Assembly: GCA_963835065.1 (NCBI GenBank)
Contig: CAWIEK010000041.1
Location: 96,001-160,000 of the forward strand
Direction: 5' to 3'
Source: an uncultured Chthonomonadaceae bacterium
Lineage (GTDB): Bacteria > Armatimonadota > Chthonomonadetes > Chthonomonadales > Chthonomonadaceae
DNA: 64,000 nt
Part shown: positions 21,451-31,792 of the stretch, piece after piece
Layout of the letters: the number at the start of each line of letters is the position of its first letter
Position numbering within the stretch: position 1 is the first letter of the stretch
Notes under the pieces: generated by a model
Seen by the model: the letters and a program-made list of their open reading frames with translations, nothing else
Database searches by the model: none
What the model was told of the DNA's origin: nothing
Program-made: the position numbers and the translations under genes

Positions 21451-21482
21451 GAAAAGGAGAAAGAACAAAGACGACAAGCAAC

Positions 21483-21698
21483 CTACTCGTCGTCTTTGGA
21501 AAGCAGGTGCAGTTTGGAAAAAACAGGATGATCGGTTATATACTCCCGATAAGCCTGAGCGTCAAAATGATTGGGCGCGTCATTGACAGATTGCCGCGCC
21601 TCTTCTGCGGCTTGTGGATTATACAGCCTCTGCTTCATCTGGCGCAGCGCTTCTGCACGTTGTTGTTCCCTGATAGAGGGGGGTAAAATTGTTGCCAT
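21483..21698 (-). CDS. Small protein upstream of the PIN gene, putative antitoxin
   Basis: 71 aa with GAGGA RBS; positional inference only. Confidence 0.55.
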   Translation of the reverse strand: MATILPPSIREQQRAEALRQMKQRLYNPQAAEEARQSVNDAPNHFDAQAYREYITDHPVFSKLHLLSKDDE

Positions 21699-22192
21699 CG
21701 GTAGTCCTCATTCTTATATACAAACAGTTTTGGAAATATTTCGTTCCGCTAAACCCATATCAAATGGAGGTTGTTTTAAACTGTGATGCCCACAAACTGT
21801 GTAGATTATTATATCGGTATAGCCGTCCTTTGTCAAGAACAGTAGCTCTCTAGCCTCAGCCTAACACTGTGGGAATTAGAAGGCGGCATTCCCGTAAGTT
21901 GCGGTTCCCAACGTAGATACATCAAACTTCATTTGAAGCAAAGCGCCTTTATAATTTGGAAGGAATTCGAGTGTCTCGGAATGAATACTACACCAGACAA
22001 ACAAGCTGCCAAATACCTTGCACATGATGAAGGCAAAGCATATCTTTTAGAAGATATGACTACTCCCCTTGACGTAACTCCAAATACGGCTTCCGCGTAA
22101 CCGTTTTCGCGCAGAGCCTCTTGTGCTTCACCTATGTATTAGGCGTGTCCTTTCTTCTAAATGAGACGGCTCAATTGCGAAAGGATATTGTA

Positions 22193-23263
22193 ATGGAACC
22201 TGCGGAAAGTCCTGGCATGCCTGCATCAAGCGCGGATGAAGAACTGGCAAGTCAATCGAATGAACAGTTGCTGCAAAGACTTACGCAGTCGGTAGAAATG
22301 CGTCGCCGCCACCGCAACAAGCAAAAAGTGGTTTACGGGGGGTATTTTCTCGTTTGCGGTGTGGTCGGGATTCTACTGGCTTTCGCGCCCCTCTTTGATG
22401 TCGCGCGTCCCTTCCCACTTGCCATGCATCTTTCTTTCCTCGTTTTTGCAGTTGCGTTCATGGGGTTTGTCAACTGGTATAATCGGTCGTTTTACCGGCG
22501 AACAGCGCAGCAGCGCGATACCGTCGTTCAGGAATTGGCGCGGCGCGGTGAAGAGCGCGCGCTTGGCCCTCTGCTGGAACTGATGGACATGCGGATGAGC
22601 GTCAGCAGCAAGAATTGGGGACCAAGCCGCGCCGTCTTTATCGAATCGCTTGAGCGGCTATTGAATAATTTAGCGCCCGCCGCCTTTTCCGATCTGTCCG
22701 ACGCGCAAATTCATCAACTGACGCCCTTGCTGCTGCTGCCGGAGCCGGAACTGCGACACATAATCGGCGGTATGCTGTGCCGAAGCGGAGATACGCGGGC
22801 ATTGCGCGCCCTGCGTAAATACGAGAACATGTACCGGGTACAGCGCTTGCAGAAGTTTAACCCGGCGATGCCCGTAATGCTGGCGTGGCTGCGCCGGCGC
22901 AAAATGCCTACGCTGGACAAAGAAGCGATTGCGGAAGTGAAGCGCTGCTGCGGGGAAATAGAACCCCGCGTGGAAGCGGAAAAGCGCATGGCGCAACTGC
23001 TGCGCGCATCAGAAAGCGGAACCGAACAACCTGCCAACCAATTGCTGCGCGGCGCAATGCTCGGTGCGGTGTCTGTGCCTGCCGAGCAACTGCTGCGACC
23101 TGATACAACCCCCGCAATGGATAACAAACACAACGAGGAACCAGCCCGCAACGCCGCTGAAATCGAAATAGCCAGCGCTGTCAATGGCAGTACGCTTCCC
23201 GAAACGACCTATGCACAGCCACAACCTACAGAGGATCAAGAGGTGAAACTAATCGGAAATTGA
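22193..23263 (+). CDS. Membrane protein: 2 TM, HEAT-like helices, (E/Q)LLR-repeat tail
   Basis: RALGPLLE, GDTRAL, QLLRAS..QLLRG..EQLLRP. Confidence 0.75.
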   Translation: MEPAESPGMPASSADEELASQSNEQLLQRLTQSVEMRRRHRNKQKVVYGGYFLVCGVVGILLAFAPLFDVARPFPLAMHLSFLVFAVAFMGFVNWYNRSFYRRTAQQRDTVVQELARRGEERALGPLLELMDMRMSVSSKNWGPSRAVFIESLERLLNNLAPAAFSDLSDAQIHQLTPLLLLPEPELRHIIGGMLCRSGDTRALRALRKYENMYRVQRLQKFNPAMPVMLAWLRRRKMPTLDKEAIAEVKRCCGEIEPRVEAEKRMAQLLRASESGTEQPANQLLRGAMLGAVSVPAEQLLRPDTTPAMDNKHNEEPARNAAEIEIASAVNGSTLPETTYAQPQPTEDQEVKLIGN

Positions 23264-23288
23264 TAGTGCCATGCCACGCAGTCAAACT

Positions 23289-23447
23289 TTTGTCGCGTTA
23301 CGCCGGAATGAATTCCTGCGCTGGAAAGTACGAGTGTCCTGCGGACACGATACTCTTTACACAAGTAGAGGCTCTGCACAACAGGTTATGTCCGCAGGAC
23401 ATTCGTTTTGTTTAGCGCAGGAATTCATTCCTGCGCAACGCGACAAA
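23289..23447. repeat. ~60-bp imperfect inverted repeat with internal GCGCAGGAAT palindromes (REP/MITE-like)
   Basis: Arms at 23289-23347 and 23389-23447. Confidence 0.85.
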
Positions 23448-23449
23448 GA

Positions 23450-24298
23450 TTATACCGAGGTGTATTGATCTGCATTGGTGACGGCGCGCAGAAGCTGTTC
23501 CGGCGGTGGTTCCGAAACGATACCGGCGGGGTGGAGCAGTTGTTCCGGGGCAGGCGCGGGGGCTGTCGCGCCGCGCAGGAGGGTTTGACTTTTGGCTGTT
23601 GCCGCTTGCTGCGCGTGTAACATAGCCTGACAGCGCAGGGCGGTTGTTTGCAGGCGCGGCGAACGGGTTTGATCCTCCACTATGGCGCGGACGGCGGGCA
23701 GGGCGCGAACGTCACCGAACGTTTCCACAAAATCAAGAATAGCCAGTTGCAGGTCAATCTCGTCGCGCTTTTTCAGCGCGAGAATACGATGCAAACAACG
23801 CCGCTGCCGTTCCGTGAAAGCCGCCGAAACCTGCATTTGCGTTTGTACGCGCAGCAGGCGGGTCAGCGCGCCGGAAACGCTGTCCGGTATATCCCGCAGC
23901 CAGTAAATTTCCGCAAGCGGCCCGATAGCGCGCAAATCATAAGTTCCCGTCAAAAACTCCAATGCGCCCAGATAACACTGTCCCAGACTGAACCTCGCTC
24001 CATGGAATGATATAAGCACCGCCTCTCGAAAAAGCAACAGCACACCACCGAAAGCAGCTATCAAACAGCAAACCAGAAACAACCTGCTATAAAAGCCTTT
24101 AGGTATATGCTCACAAAAATGCATAAAAATAAATTGTAATATAATGCTAGCAATAAGTAGAATAGTACCTTTAATATTATCTTCTAATGAACGTTGAGCA
24201 GGCTTGTTGTTACAGCGGACACGATTATGTCCGCGTAGTATGTCGCGCCGCGCCTGCTGTATCCGCGCTTCCATTGTTTGGGGAGCAAACGATTTCAT
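23450..24298 (-). CDS. Paralog of the 22193 protein (2 TM, HEAT-like, LLR-repeat tail)
   Basis: RAIGPLAE, GDVRAL, TLLRG..EQLLHP..EQLLRA. Confidence 0.72.
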   Translation of the reverse strand: MKSFAPQTMEARIQQARRDILRGHNRVRCNNKPAQRSLEDNIKGTILLIASIILQFIFMHFCEHIPKGFYSRLFLVCCLIAAFGGVLLLFREAVLISFHGARFSLGQCYLGALEFLTGTYDLRAIGPLAEIYWLRDIPDSVSGALTRLLRVQTQMQVSAAFTERQRRCLHRILALKKRDEIDLQLAILDFVETFGDVRALPAVRAIVEDQTRSPRLQTTALRCQAMLHAQQAATAKSQTLLRGATAPAPAPEQLLHPAGIVSEPPPEQLLRAVTNADQYTSV

Positions 24299-24309
24299 TT
24301 TTGTTTATA

Positions 24310-24888
24310 CGTGACAAGTTTGACGGAACCGTAGAAGTTGACGAAACATTCGTTGGCGGATTGGAGAAAAACAAACACAAAGAAAAGAAGTTAAAGGCAG
24401 GACGTGGTTCTGTCGGCAAAACAATTGTTATGGGCGTTTTGGAACGCGCAAAGACAGAGAAGGATATTAGCAAAATTCGGGTTGCTATTATTCCGAATAC
24501 CACACAGGGAACCTTGCACGGCGTTATCAAGCATAACGTTACGCTTGGAGCGGAAGTATTCACGGACGCGGCTAGAGGTTACAACGGCCTAAGCGAGATG
24601 TTCAAACATGACTTTGTAGACCATGCGATTGAATACGTAAAGGGGCGCGTACATACTAATAGCGTAGAGAACTTTTGGAATTTGCTAGATAGAGGGATTA
24701 GGGGAACTTATATCCGCCCGTCTGCCCAACATCTTTTACGCTATGTAGACGAACAGGCATTTCGATTTAATCATCGAAGCGGCACTGATTTAACTCGCTT
24801 TCTGCAAACAATTCGGCAGATAAGCGGCAAACGCTTGACGTATGAGGAACTGACGCAAGCGCATTTACAGAATATGGTTCCGAAATAA
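24310..24888 (+). mobile_element. IS1595-family transposase, 5'-truncated remnant
   Basis: VEVDETFVGG, VFTD..RGY, HTNSVENFW, YVDEQAFRFN; no N-terminal Zn-ribbon/HTH region. Confidence 0.9.
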
Positions 24889-24901
24889 AGGATAATATAA
24901 A

Positions 24902-25135
24902 ATGGATAACATTACACAATCTGAAAATTTGACACAAGAACAATTGAGGGATTATTTCATGGCATATAATACTCTTACTGACATTAGAGCGGCATTAGAA
25001 CGGGCTATCACCTTTGATGAACTAACAGGTGTTTTAGGGGAAAGCCGTAAAACTGCCAATTCCTTGCAAATTCAAGTTTATGAACTAATTGCGAAAGTTC
25101 AAATGCCAATTTGTAAGTTTGCATTACGCCCCTAA
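24902..25135 (+). CDS. AT-rich hypothetical protein, possible IS passenger
   Basis: AAGGA RBS directly after the transposase. Confidence 0.5.
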   Translation: MDNITQSENLTQEQLRDYFMAYNTLTDIRAALERAITFDELTGVLGESRKTANSLQIQVYELIAKVQMPICKFALRP

Positions 25136-25529
25136 TGCAGTTCTCGTTCTTCTGCTTGTACAGATTTTTCACGCTTATCATTTCGCTCTTTATACCAAAG
25201 GTATCTTGTATACTTTTGATTGGTTAATGCTATTTCATTCTGGATAGTCGCATAGTATTGGAATATATACGTTGGTATAAACTGTATAGTTATAGCAGTT
25301 TCAGAAAAAGTAATTGGTCCAAATTTACGCGCTCGTGCCATTGCCGTGTTCTATTTTCCTGTTCGCCTGTTGTCTTGCCAGTGCAAACCTGCTCCAGTGC
25401 CGGGGATTGAAAATCCCCGGTATGCCCAATGATGTGAGCGCCCTCTCTTTTTTGCGCAGGAACACGAAATTATGCTGTAGAATAGTGTCGAGCATCCCTA
25501 ATACTGAGTAATAATGAGGAGATACGGTT

Positions 25530-27752
25530 TTGAGTAAACACAATCCTGCCGCGCGCAACAAATTCATTCTTGGCGCGCTTTCCGCCGCCTTTGTATCCGG
25601 CGGCTTTGCCGTCACGCTGAACGCGCCTTCCCATGCGCAAAACACCGCCAAAAGCCGGAACAGCAACAGCCAGAACAATCAGAACACGCCGTCCGGCTGC
25701 TGTGGAACTGCGCGGTTCGTGATTCCTGCTCCGCCCGATGCCAACGTATTCGCAACCTCGCGCGCTTCCGTTACCACTGTTGAGTTTGTGCAGCCGGGGC
25801 AGATTGATGAAGATACGATGGTCGGCGACGCGCTGCCCGCGAACTCGATGTGGCTCGAAGATTTGGATATTCGGCAGATGGAGCAGGGGTATGGCATGCC
25901 CATGCGCCGCCGCTCCGTAGACCGCAGCCCGATTCGGCTGCACAATCGCGCTTACGCGCACGGCGTGGGAACCCATGCCGTCAGTACGCTGCTGATTGAT
26001 CTCAAAGGCGCGGCCGCGCGATTTGAGTCTATGGTGGGCGTGGACGATGAAAAGACCGGCGCGGGTTCGGTCACGTTTGAAGTGTGGCTGGACGGCAAAA
26101 AAGTGGCCGATACGGGCGTGATGAAGGGCGGCGACCCGGCCAAACTGATTACCGTGGATTTAACGGGCGCGAAGAGAATGCTTCTGCGCGTCACCGATGC
26201 GGGCGACGGCATGGATAGCGATCACGCGGATTGGGCGGGCGCGCGGATTAAATTGGTGGAAGGCGCGACCCAAAAACCAGCCGTGATGACCGTTCCTGTG
26301 GACCCGCCGCGCATGGAAACGGAACTGGCGGATCCCAAACCGGCTATTCACGGCCCCCGCATCACGGGAGCCACACCCGGACACCCGTTCCTGTTCCTGA
26401 TTGCGGCAACGGGTGACGGCCCGCTCACCTATACAGCCAAAAACCTTCCTGCCGGGCTGAAACTGGACGCGCAAACCGGCATTATATCGGGCGCGTTGAA
26501 ACAGGACGGCATGACGGACGTGACTCTGACCGTTTCCGGCGCGATGGGCAAAGCGACTCGCAAACTGACCATTGTGGGCGGCAAAGATAAACTCGCGCTC
26601 ACGCCGCCAATGGGCTGGAACAGTTGGAACTGCTGGGCGGGCGCGGTGGACAGCGACAAAGTGAAAGCCGCCGCCGATGCCATGCTCCACAGCGGACTGG
26701 CGGGGCATGGCTTCCAGTACGTCAACATTGACGATACATGGGAAGCGGGCCGGAATGCAAGCGGCGAAATTGAAACCAACAAAAAATTCCCCGACATGAA
26801 AGCCCTGGCGGATTACGTTCACAGCAAGGGTTTGAAACTGGGCATTTACTCTTCCCCCGGCCCGCAAACCTGCGCGGGCTTCGAGGCCAGCTACAAGCAC
26901 GAGCAGCAGGACGCCAATACGTATGCGAAATGGGGCGTGGATTATCTCAAGTACGACTGGTGTTCTTATGGCGGCGTTGCGGACAAGCAAACCCTGCCCG
27001 AACTGGAAAAGCAGAAACTGCCTTATCGCGTCATGGGCGAGGCGTTGAGCAAGGTGGATCGGGATATTGTGTACAGCCTGTGCCAGTACGGCATGGCGGA
27101 CGTGTGGAAGTGGGGCGGCAGCGACGAGATCAAAGGCAACTGCTGGCGCACGACGGGCGACATCAACGACAGTTGGGGCAGCCTGCACGGGATTTATTCC
27201 AGCCAGAACGGGCACGAAAAGTTCGTCGGGCCGGGACATTGGAACGACCCGGATATGCTTGTCGTCGGCAAAGTGGGCTGGGGGCCGAGTCTGCACGAGT
27301 CGCGCCTGACGCCCAACGAGCAGATTCTGCACATTTCCATGTGGTGTATGCTGTCCTCGCCCCTGCTCATCGGCTGTGATATGTCGCAAATGTCGAAGTT
27401 TACGGTTGCCCTGCTGTCCAATGATGAGGTATTGGATATCAATCAAGACCCGTTGGGCAAACCGGCGGGGCGCGTCCTGCTCGACAGCGGCAAAGAAGTG
27501 TGGGCGCGTCCCCTTGCGGATGGCACAATGGCCGTCGGGCTGCTTAACAGCGGCGTGGAAGCGACGGAAGTAACGGCGAATTGGGCGGATTTGGGACTAA
27601 AGGGCAAGCAGCCCGTGCGCGACCTGTGGCTGCACAAAAACGCGGGGATGTACGAAGGCAAGTACGCCGTATCGGTTCCCGCGCACGGCTGCGTCCTGCT
27701 CAAAATCGGCAAGCCCGGCGCGATTAAGATGGAGAACCTGGCGCGGAAGTAG
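25530..27752 (+). CDS. Alpha-galactosidase GH27 with NPCBM/NEW2 and putative Ig (He_PIG) domains
   Basis: HGVGTHA..DHADWA; LPAGLKLD..TGIISG; TPPMGWNSWN, NIDDTW, DYLKYDWC, WRTTGDI, WNDPDML. Confidence 0.95.
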   Translation: MSKHNPAARNKFILGALSAAFVSGGFAVTLNAPSHAQNTAKSRNSNSQNNQNTPSGCCGTARFVIPAPPDANVFATSRASVTTVEFVQPGQIDEDTMVGDALPANSMWLEDLDIRQMEQGYGMPMRRRSVDRSPIRLHNRAYAHGVGTHAVSTLLIDLKGAAARFESMVGVDDEKTGAGSVTFEVWLDGKKVADTGVMKGGDPAKLITVDLTGAKRMLLRVTDAGDGMDSDHADWAGARIKLVEGATQKPAVMTVPVDPPRMETELADPKPAIHGPRITGATPGHPFLFLIAATGDGPLTYTAKNLPAGLKLDAQTGIISGALKQDGMTDVTLTVSGAMGKATRKLTIVGGKDKLALTPPMGWNSWNCWAGAVDSDKVKAAADAMLHSGLAGHGFQYVNIDDTWEAGRNASGEIETNKKFPDMKALADYVHSKGLKLGIYSSPGPQTCAGFEASYKHEQQDANTYAKWGVDYLKYDWCSYGGVADKQTLPELEKQKLPYRVMGEALSKVDRDIVYSLCQYGMADVWKWGGSDEIKGNCWRTTGDINDSWGSLHGIYSSQNGHEKFVGPGHWNDPDMLVVGKVGWGPSLHESRLTPNEQILHISMWCMLSSPLLIGCDMSQMSKFTVALLSNDEVLDINQDPLGKPAGRVLLDSGKEVWARPLADGTMAVGLLNSGVEATEVTANWADLGLKGKQPVRDLWLHKNAGMYEGKYAVSVPAHGCVLLKIGKPGAIKMENLARK

Positions 27753-27806
27753 GCTGCAGGAATACGCGCGTTTGAAAAAGCAGACAAGGAAGGGAACCTG
27801 GAAGGG

Positions 27807-27846
27807 ACCTGCCGCAAAATCCACTATTTTGCGGCAGGTTCTTTTG
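27807..27846 (+). terminator. Intrinsic terminator
   Basis: ACCTGCCGCAAAAT-ccact-ATTTTGCGGCAGGT followed by TCTTTT. Confidence 0.8.
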
Positions 27847-28078
27847 TTTGACACGTCAAGAGTTGTTGTAAACCCGTGGAACTTCTATTATCGGGAACAA
27901 TTCATGTTGCTTTTGCGGTTATGGGGCGGTTTGAGGAAATCGAGGTGTAAACATAACAAGAAAAATGCGCAAAAACACGTATACCATACATAAAAATGGG
28001 TAAACTAATTGATATTCTATCCTCACAAGAACATGGTTTTTTGGAAACAACATTGATTCTAAATCTTTAAGGATTTTC

Positions 28079-30544
28079 ATGGAAGTCTTGAAATTTCGCG
28101 TTGTCCCGGACGCCTCCGGCCTGGCATTTCAGCTTGTTTCTGAAACCGGGGAAATTCTGCTGACAGGCGGCGGCTTTTCCGAACGAGAGGCGTGTATCGC
28201 CGGGATTCAAGCGGTCATTGACGTCCTGAGCGACGAGGACCGCTATGACATTCGAGCGGAAGCGGCGGGCGTTGTTCTGGCGCTGACCGCAGCCGACAAC
28301 CGCCTGCTGGCGCAAAGCGCGGTACTGCGCGACGATGGGGCGACGGCGCTGCGGGAGAGTCTGGTCGAGTTGGCGTCCGAGCAGGAAGCCTATGATATTG
28401 CCCTGCCGGGAACCGGTACCGCGCGTTCCGTGACCCCGCTGACGTTTTCCGATTTCGCCGCCGTCAATCCCGCCGATTTGTACGATTTTGACCGCGCCTC
28501 CCTTACGGGACTGGCCGGTTTCGAGCTGTTTCAGGTGACCGGGGAAGAGCGTTACTACTTCCATGTCAACGATGCGACGGGAACCGCGCTGCTGTACAGC
28601 CGGGAGTTCCGTACCGCTTCCCAGCGCAATCAGCGGATGCGGATGGTGGCGAAATGCGCGGTTCTGAAGCAGCGCTATGAACGCCGGGAAGAGAACGGGC
28701 GGCATTTCTTTATTCTGAAGGCGCGTAACGGCCAGGAAATCGCGCGCAGCCGCGCTTTTGTTTCGTTCGCGGAAATGGAATCCGCGCTCGGCTGGCTGCT
28801 GACGGAAATGCCCCGCTTTGCAGAGGGGTTTACCAAACGCGCTTCGGGGCGTTCGCGCGGTAAGGATGGCTTCAATCTCGCGCTGGTATCGCTGTCGGCA
28901 GTGGCCGGATTCGAACTGCTGCGCGATGCCGCAGACAAGCTGTATTACTTCCTCTTCCATTCCGACGACGGCAACGCGCTTCTGTTCAGTCGGGGTTATA
29001 CGACGCGCGCGGGCCGGGATCAAGCGATACAAACGCTGATTCGCCTGAGCGCGAACCCGGCCCGCTTCGAATCTACCCAAACGGAGGAGCAGTATGGGTT
29101 TGCCATCCGCACAGGCAACGGACAGATAATCGCCCGCAGCCGCCAATTCGACTCTGCTGAAGCCGCGTCTGCCGCAATGACACTGGCGCGGACTCGCATC
29201 GTAGCGCAGGCCGCCCTGTTCGGCGTGGCAGTGGCGGAACTGGAAACGACGCGGGCAGAGCAGCTTACCCTGCGCGTGGATCGGGAACGGCCTGTCGCGC
29301 CCCTTGTCGAAACGCAGGCTGAAGCAGTTGCGCCATCTGCTATTGTCGTGCCTGAACAGGCTGAAATGGCCGCGCCGACAATCGCTGCCGTGCCTGAAGC
29401 CGTGCCTGAACAGGTCGTGTCTGCCGCGTCCCTTGCAAGCCCCGCGCTCCGGGAAACCGCGCCTGTCACACTCGAGCAAACCATACTCCCGGCTATCCCT
29501 CTGGAAAGCGCCATCGAAGCTGCGCCGGAAATAGAAAGCGTTGTGGTGACTGCGCCGACAAGCCCGGACATAACCGTGCCGAAAACAGAGTCGGCAAGCG
29601 CGGTTGTAACGACAGCGGCAAGCGCTGCTGTAACGCCGCCGGTTGTTCCTGCCGGCGGCAAACCTGCCCCCGAAGACCGTTCGCGCCGCAAAACCGGTGG
29701 CTTTGGTTGGCTGGCCTATGCGATTCCCCTGCTTCTGCTTTTGGTCGCCGCGCCATTCCTGCTGTCTCGCGGGTGCAAGACCAATGCAACGGGATTGGCG
29801 GGAACATCCGCGCCGGGAAGGGGGCAGAGCAGTACCCAATCCGCGTTTTCCGCAGCGCCGCCCCCACCCGGCAGAAATGGGACGCCTCCTCCTGTAACTG
29901 CCGGTGGAGAAACCGCGCGCGCCACCAATGCCGCCACGCCTGCCCGGTCCGGCAGCGGCGCGTCTTCCTCGGCGGACACGGCAACAGTCGCTGCCGCCCC
30001 TCCTGCGCATCGTAATGCGGCAAGGATGGAAACCGCCCTTGCCGCGTATCTCAGCGGCCCGCAAAGCGCCGAACCCCGCGCGTTTACGATGGATCGCCTT
30101 GCCTACCCGCCCAACTCGCATGAGGTAAACCCGGCAGGCAAGGCGGAGATACGCGATCTGGCGCATCTGCTGGTTCGATTCCCGACCGCGAAAATCACGC
30201 TGCATGGACACATAGACGGGCGGGAACAGGAAGCCTATTCGGGGCCGAACCCGCGCCTGGGCTTTCCGCTTTCCAAGCTGCGCGCGGACTGCGTTTGCCG
30301 CCGCCTGCACTTTTTGGGGGTGGACTACAGCCGGATGCAGTTCACGGGCGATGGCAACGCTCACCCGGTAGCGGATGACAGCACCGCAGACGGCAGGCAG
30401 CAAAATCGCCGCATGAACATCATGGTTAACCCAAATTGGCCACGGAAACCCGCTCTACGAACTCGGTCGGCAGGAACGCGCGCTGCGGCGTTGTTGCCGC
30501 GCCGCGTATTTGCGCTACCAGAATCTCTACGACGCGCATACTGA
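28079..30544 (+). CDS. Multi-DUF1508 (YegP-like) repeats, Ala/Pro linker, TM helix and OmpA-like peptidoglycan-binding domain
   Basis: Repeated F.L...NG(Q/E)II..S..F/Y units; TM WLAYAIPLLLLLVAAPFLL; GHID..LSKLRA..G.G..PVA....GRQQNRR. The 3' end overlaps LacI and is uncertain. Confidence 0.8.
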   Translation: MEVLKFRVVPDASGLAFQLVSETGEILLTGGGFSEREACIAGIQAVIDVLSDEDRYDIRAEAAGVVLALTAADNRLLAQSAVLRDDGATALRESLVELASEQEAYDIALPGTGTARSVTPLTFSDFAAVNPADLYDFDRASLTGLAGFELFQVTGEERYYFHVNDATGTALLYSREFRTASQRNQRMRMVAKCAVLKQRYERREENGRHFFILKARNGQEIARSRAFVSFAEMESALGWLLTEMPRFAEGFTKRASGRSRGKDGFNLALVSLSAVAGFELLRDAADKLYYFLFHSDDGNALLFSRGYTTRAGRDQAIQTLIRLSANPARFESTQTEEQYGFAIRTGNGQIIARSRQFDSAEAASAAMTLARTRIVAQAALFGVAVAELETTRAEQLTLRVDRERPVAPLVETQAEAVAPSAIVVPEQAEMAAPTIAAVPEAVPEQVVSAASLASPALRETAPVTLEQTILPAIPLESAIEAAPEIESVVVTAPTSPDITVPKTESASAVVTTAASAAVTPPVVPAGGKPAPEDRSRRKTGGFGWLAYAIPLLLLLVAAPFLLSRGCKTNATGLAGTSAPGRGQSSTQSAFSAAPPPPGRNGTPPPVTAGGETARATNAATPARSGSGASSSADTATVAAAPPAHRNAARMETALAAYLSGPQSAEPRAFTMDRLAYPPNSHEVNPAGKAEIRDLAHLLVRFPTAKITLHGHIDGREQEAYSGPNPRLGFPLSKLRADCVCRRLHFLGVDYSRMQFTGDGNAHPVADDSTADGRQQNRRMNIMVNPNWPRKPALRTRSAGTRAAALLPRRVFALPESLRRAY

Positions 30545-31455
30545 TAGCCTCGTAAGGCTGGCGCAGCGTGGTTAAGGGTGGGTTCGAGGCCGCAGCCATT
30601 ACGTCGTCGTCAATGCCGAGGATGGAGACGTCGTCCGGTACGCGCAGGCCAAGCCCCTGCATGGCAAGAACAGCCTGCGATGCAACCCGGTCATTCCACG
30701 CGAAAATAGCCGTAGGCCGCTCCGCGCCCGCGCTTCGCATTTTCTCCACAACCTCCCGCATCACCTCCGCTTCCCGGTAATTGCCCATAAAAACAAAGGC
30801 CGGGTCTGCCGCCAGAGCATGCGCCGCCATTGCGCGGCAAAAGCCCTCATAGCGCTGCCCGACGCTGCGCACGAATTTGTCCGGCCCGCCTATAAAAGCA
30901 ATGCGGCGATGCCCCTTTGCAATCAGATACTCCGTCAAGCCGACTGCCTGCGCCGATGTTGTCAATGTCCACATACGAAATGGCTTCCGAGTCGCCCGTA
31001 TCGCCGATCAGCACAAACGGCGTACCCCGCTCGTGCAGGGCGGCTACCAGATTGCTGTTGGCGTGCGGCGTCAGCACCATCAGGCCGTCGCAGCGCCCGT
31101 CGCAATACACGCGCAGGCTTTGCTGCGGTTCGGCGGGAAAGATGCTGTGCGTAAACAGCGTCACGTTGTGCTGCAACTGGTCGGCGGCGCGTAAAATTCC
31201 GTTGACGATATAAGAATAGTACCCCGGCTGCATCAGCGACCTTCCATCCACGCCCGCCACCAGCCCAAGCGTCAGTATCTGCCGCTCTTTTGCCCGGTGC
31301 TTTACCGCAGCCGGACGATAATCCAGATCGCGCACCGCTTTCAAGACGCGCTCACGGGTATCTTCACTGACCTGCCCCGGCTTGTTATTGAGGACAAACG
31401 AAACCGTCATGGGGGATACGCCGCACGCTCTGGCAACATCTCGAATCGTCGTCAT
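30426..31455 (-). CDS. LacI family transcriptional regulator; frameshift near 30950
   Basis: TIRDVARACGVSPMTVSFVLN HTH; GHRRIAFI, PTAIFAWND, VPDDVSILGIDD, LTTLRQP. Confidence 0.93.
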
Positions 31456-31607
31456 CTTACGCTCACGCTCCTCAAAGTCACAGAAAAACAGAATGCCCTA
31501 CAGGATGCCACATTGTAGCGTTTCCCCTCTTTATCGTCAAGTGGCCTGCCGCACGAAAATAAATTCCAGACAAAAGTAAAAATTTTCAAAATAAGGGTTC
31601 AAGGCTA

Positions 31608-31636
31608 TTGACAAAGCTGCGGAAAGCAACTACAAT
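31608..31636 (+). promoter_or_regulatory. Sigma70 promoter
   Basis: TTGACA-N17-TACAAT. Confidence 0.85.
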
Positions 31637-31647
31637 ACTAGCATGGC

Positions 31648-31703
31648 TTTACACGTATAGTACGGCCTGCGGCTGGTTGAAAATTGCAGTCTAAACATCT
31701 AAG
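31648..31703. promoter_or_regulatory. Two putative LacI-type operators
   Basis: TACACGTATA (~31650) and TAAACATCTA (~31692), each 8/10 to the palindrome TAAACGTTTA, just downstream of the promoter. Confidence 0.5.
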
Positions 31704-31792
31704 TTATGGATTATTTGTGCGCCTGCAAGCAAGAGCCGCGCCATTTTCTGTTTTCGTTCCCCGCTTCTCCACCAAAGAAGGGAAGGAGTCCC

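Noticed and set aside
21700..22120. ncRNA or gene in the AT-richer intergenic stretch
   Set aside because: No recognisable ORF, tRNA or riboswitch motif.
28067..30403. 778-aa antisense ORF (also 15695..17185, 26160..27446, 9611..10756, 51122..52339)
   Set aside because: Shadow ORFs typical of GC-rich coding DNA; no motifs, and the opposite strand has recognisable genes.
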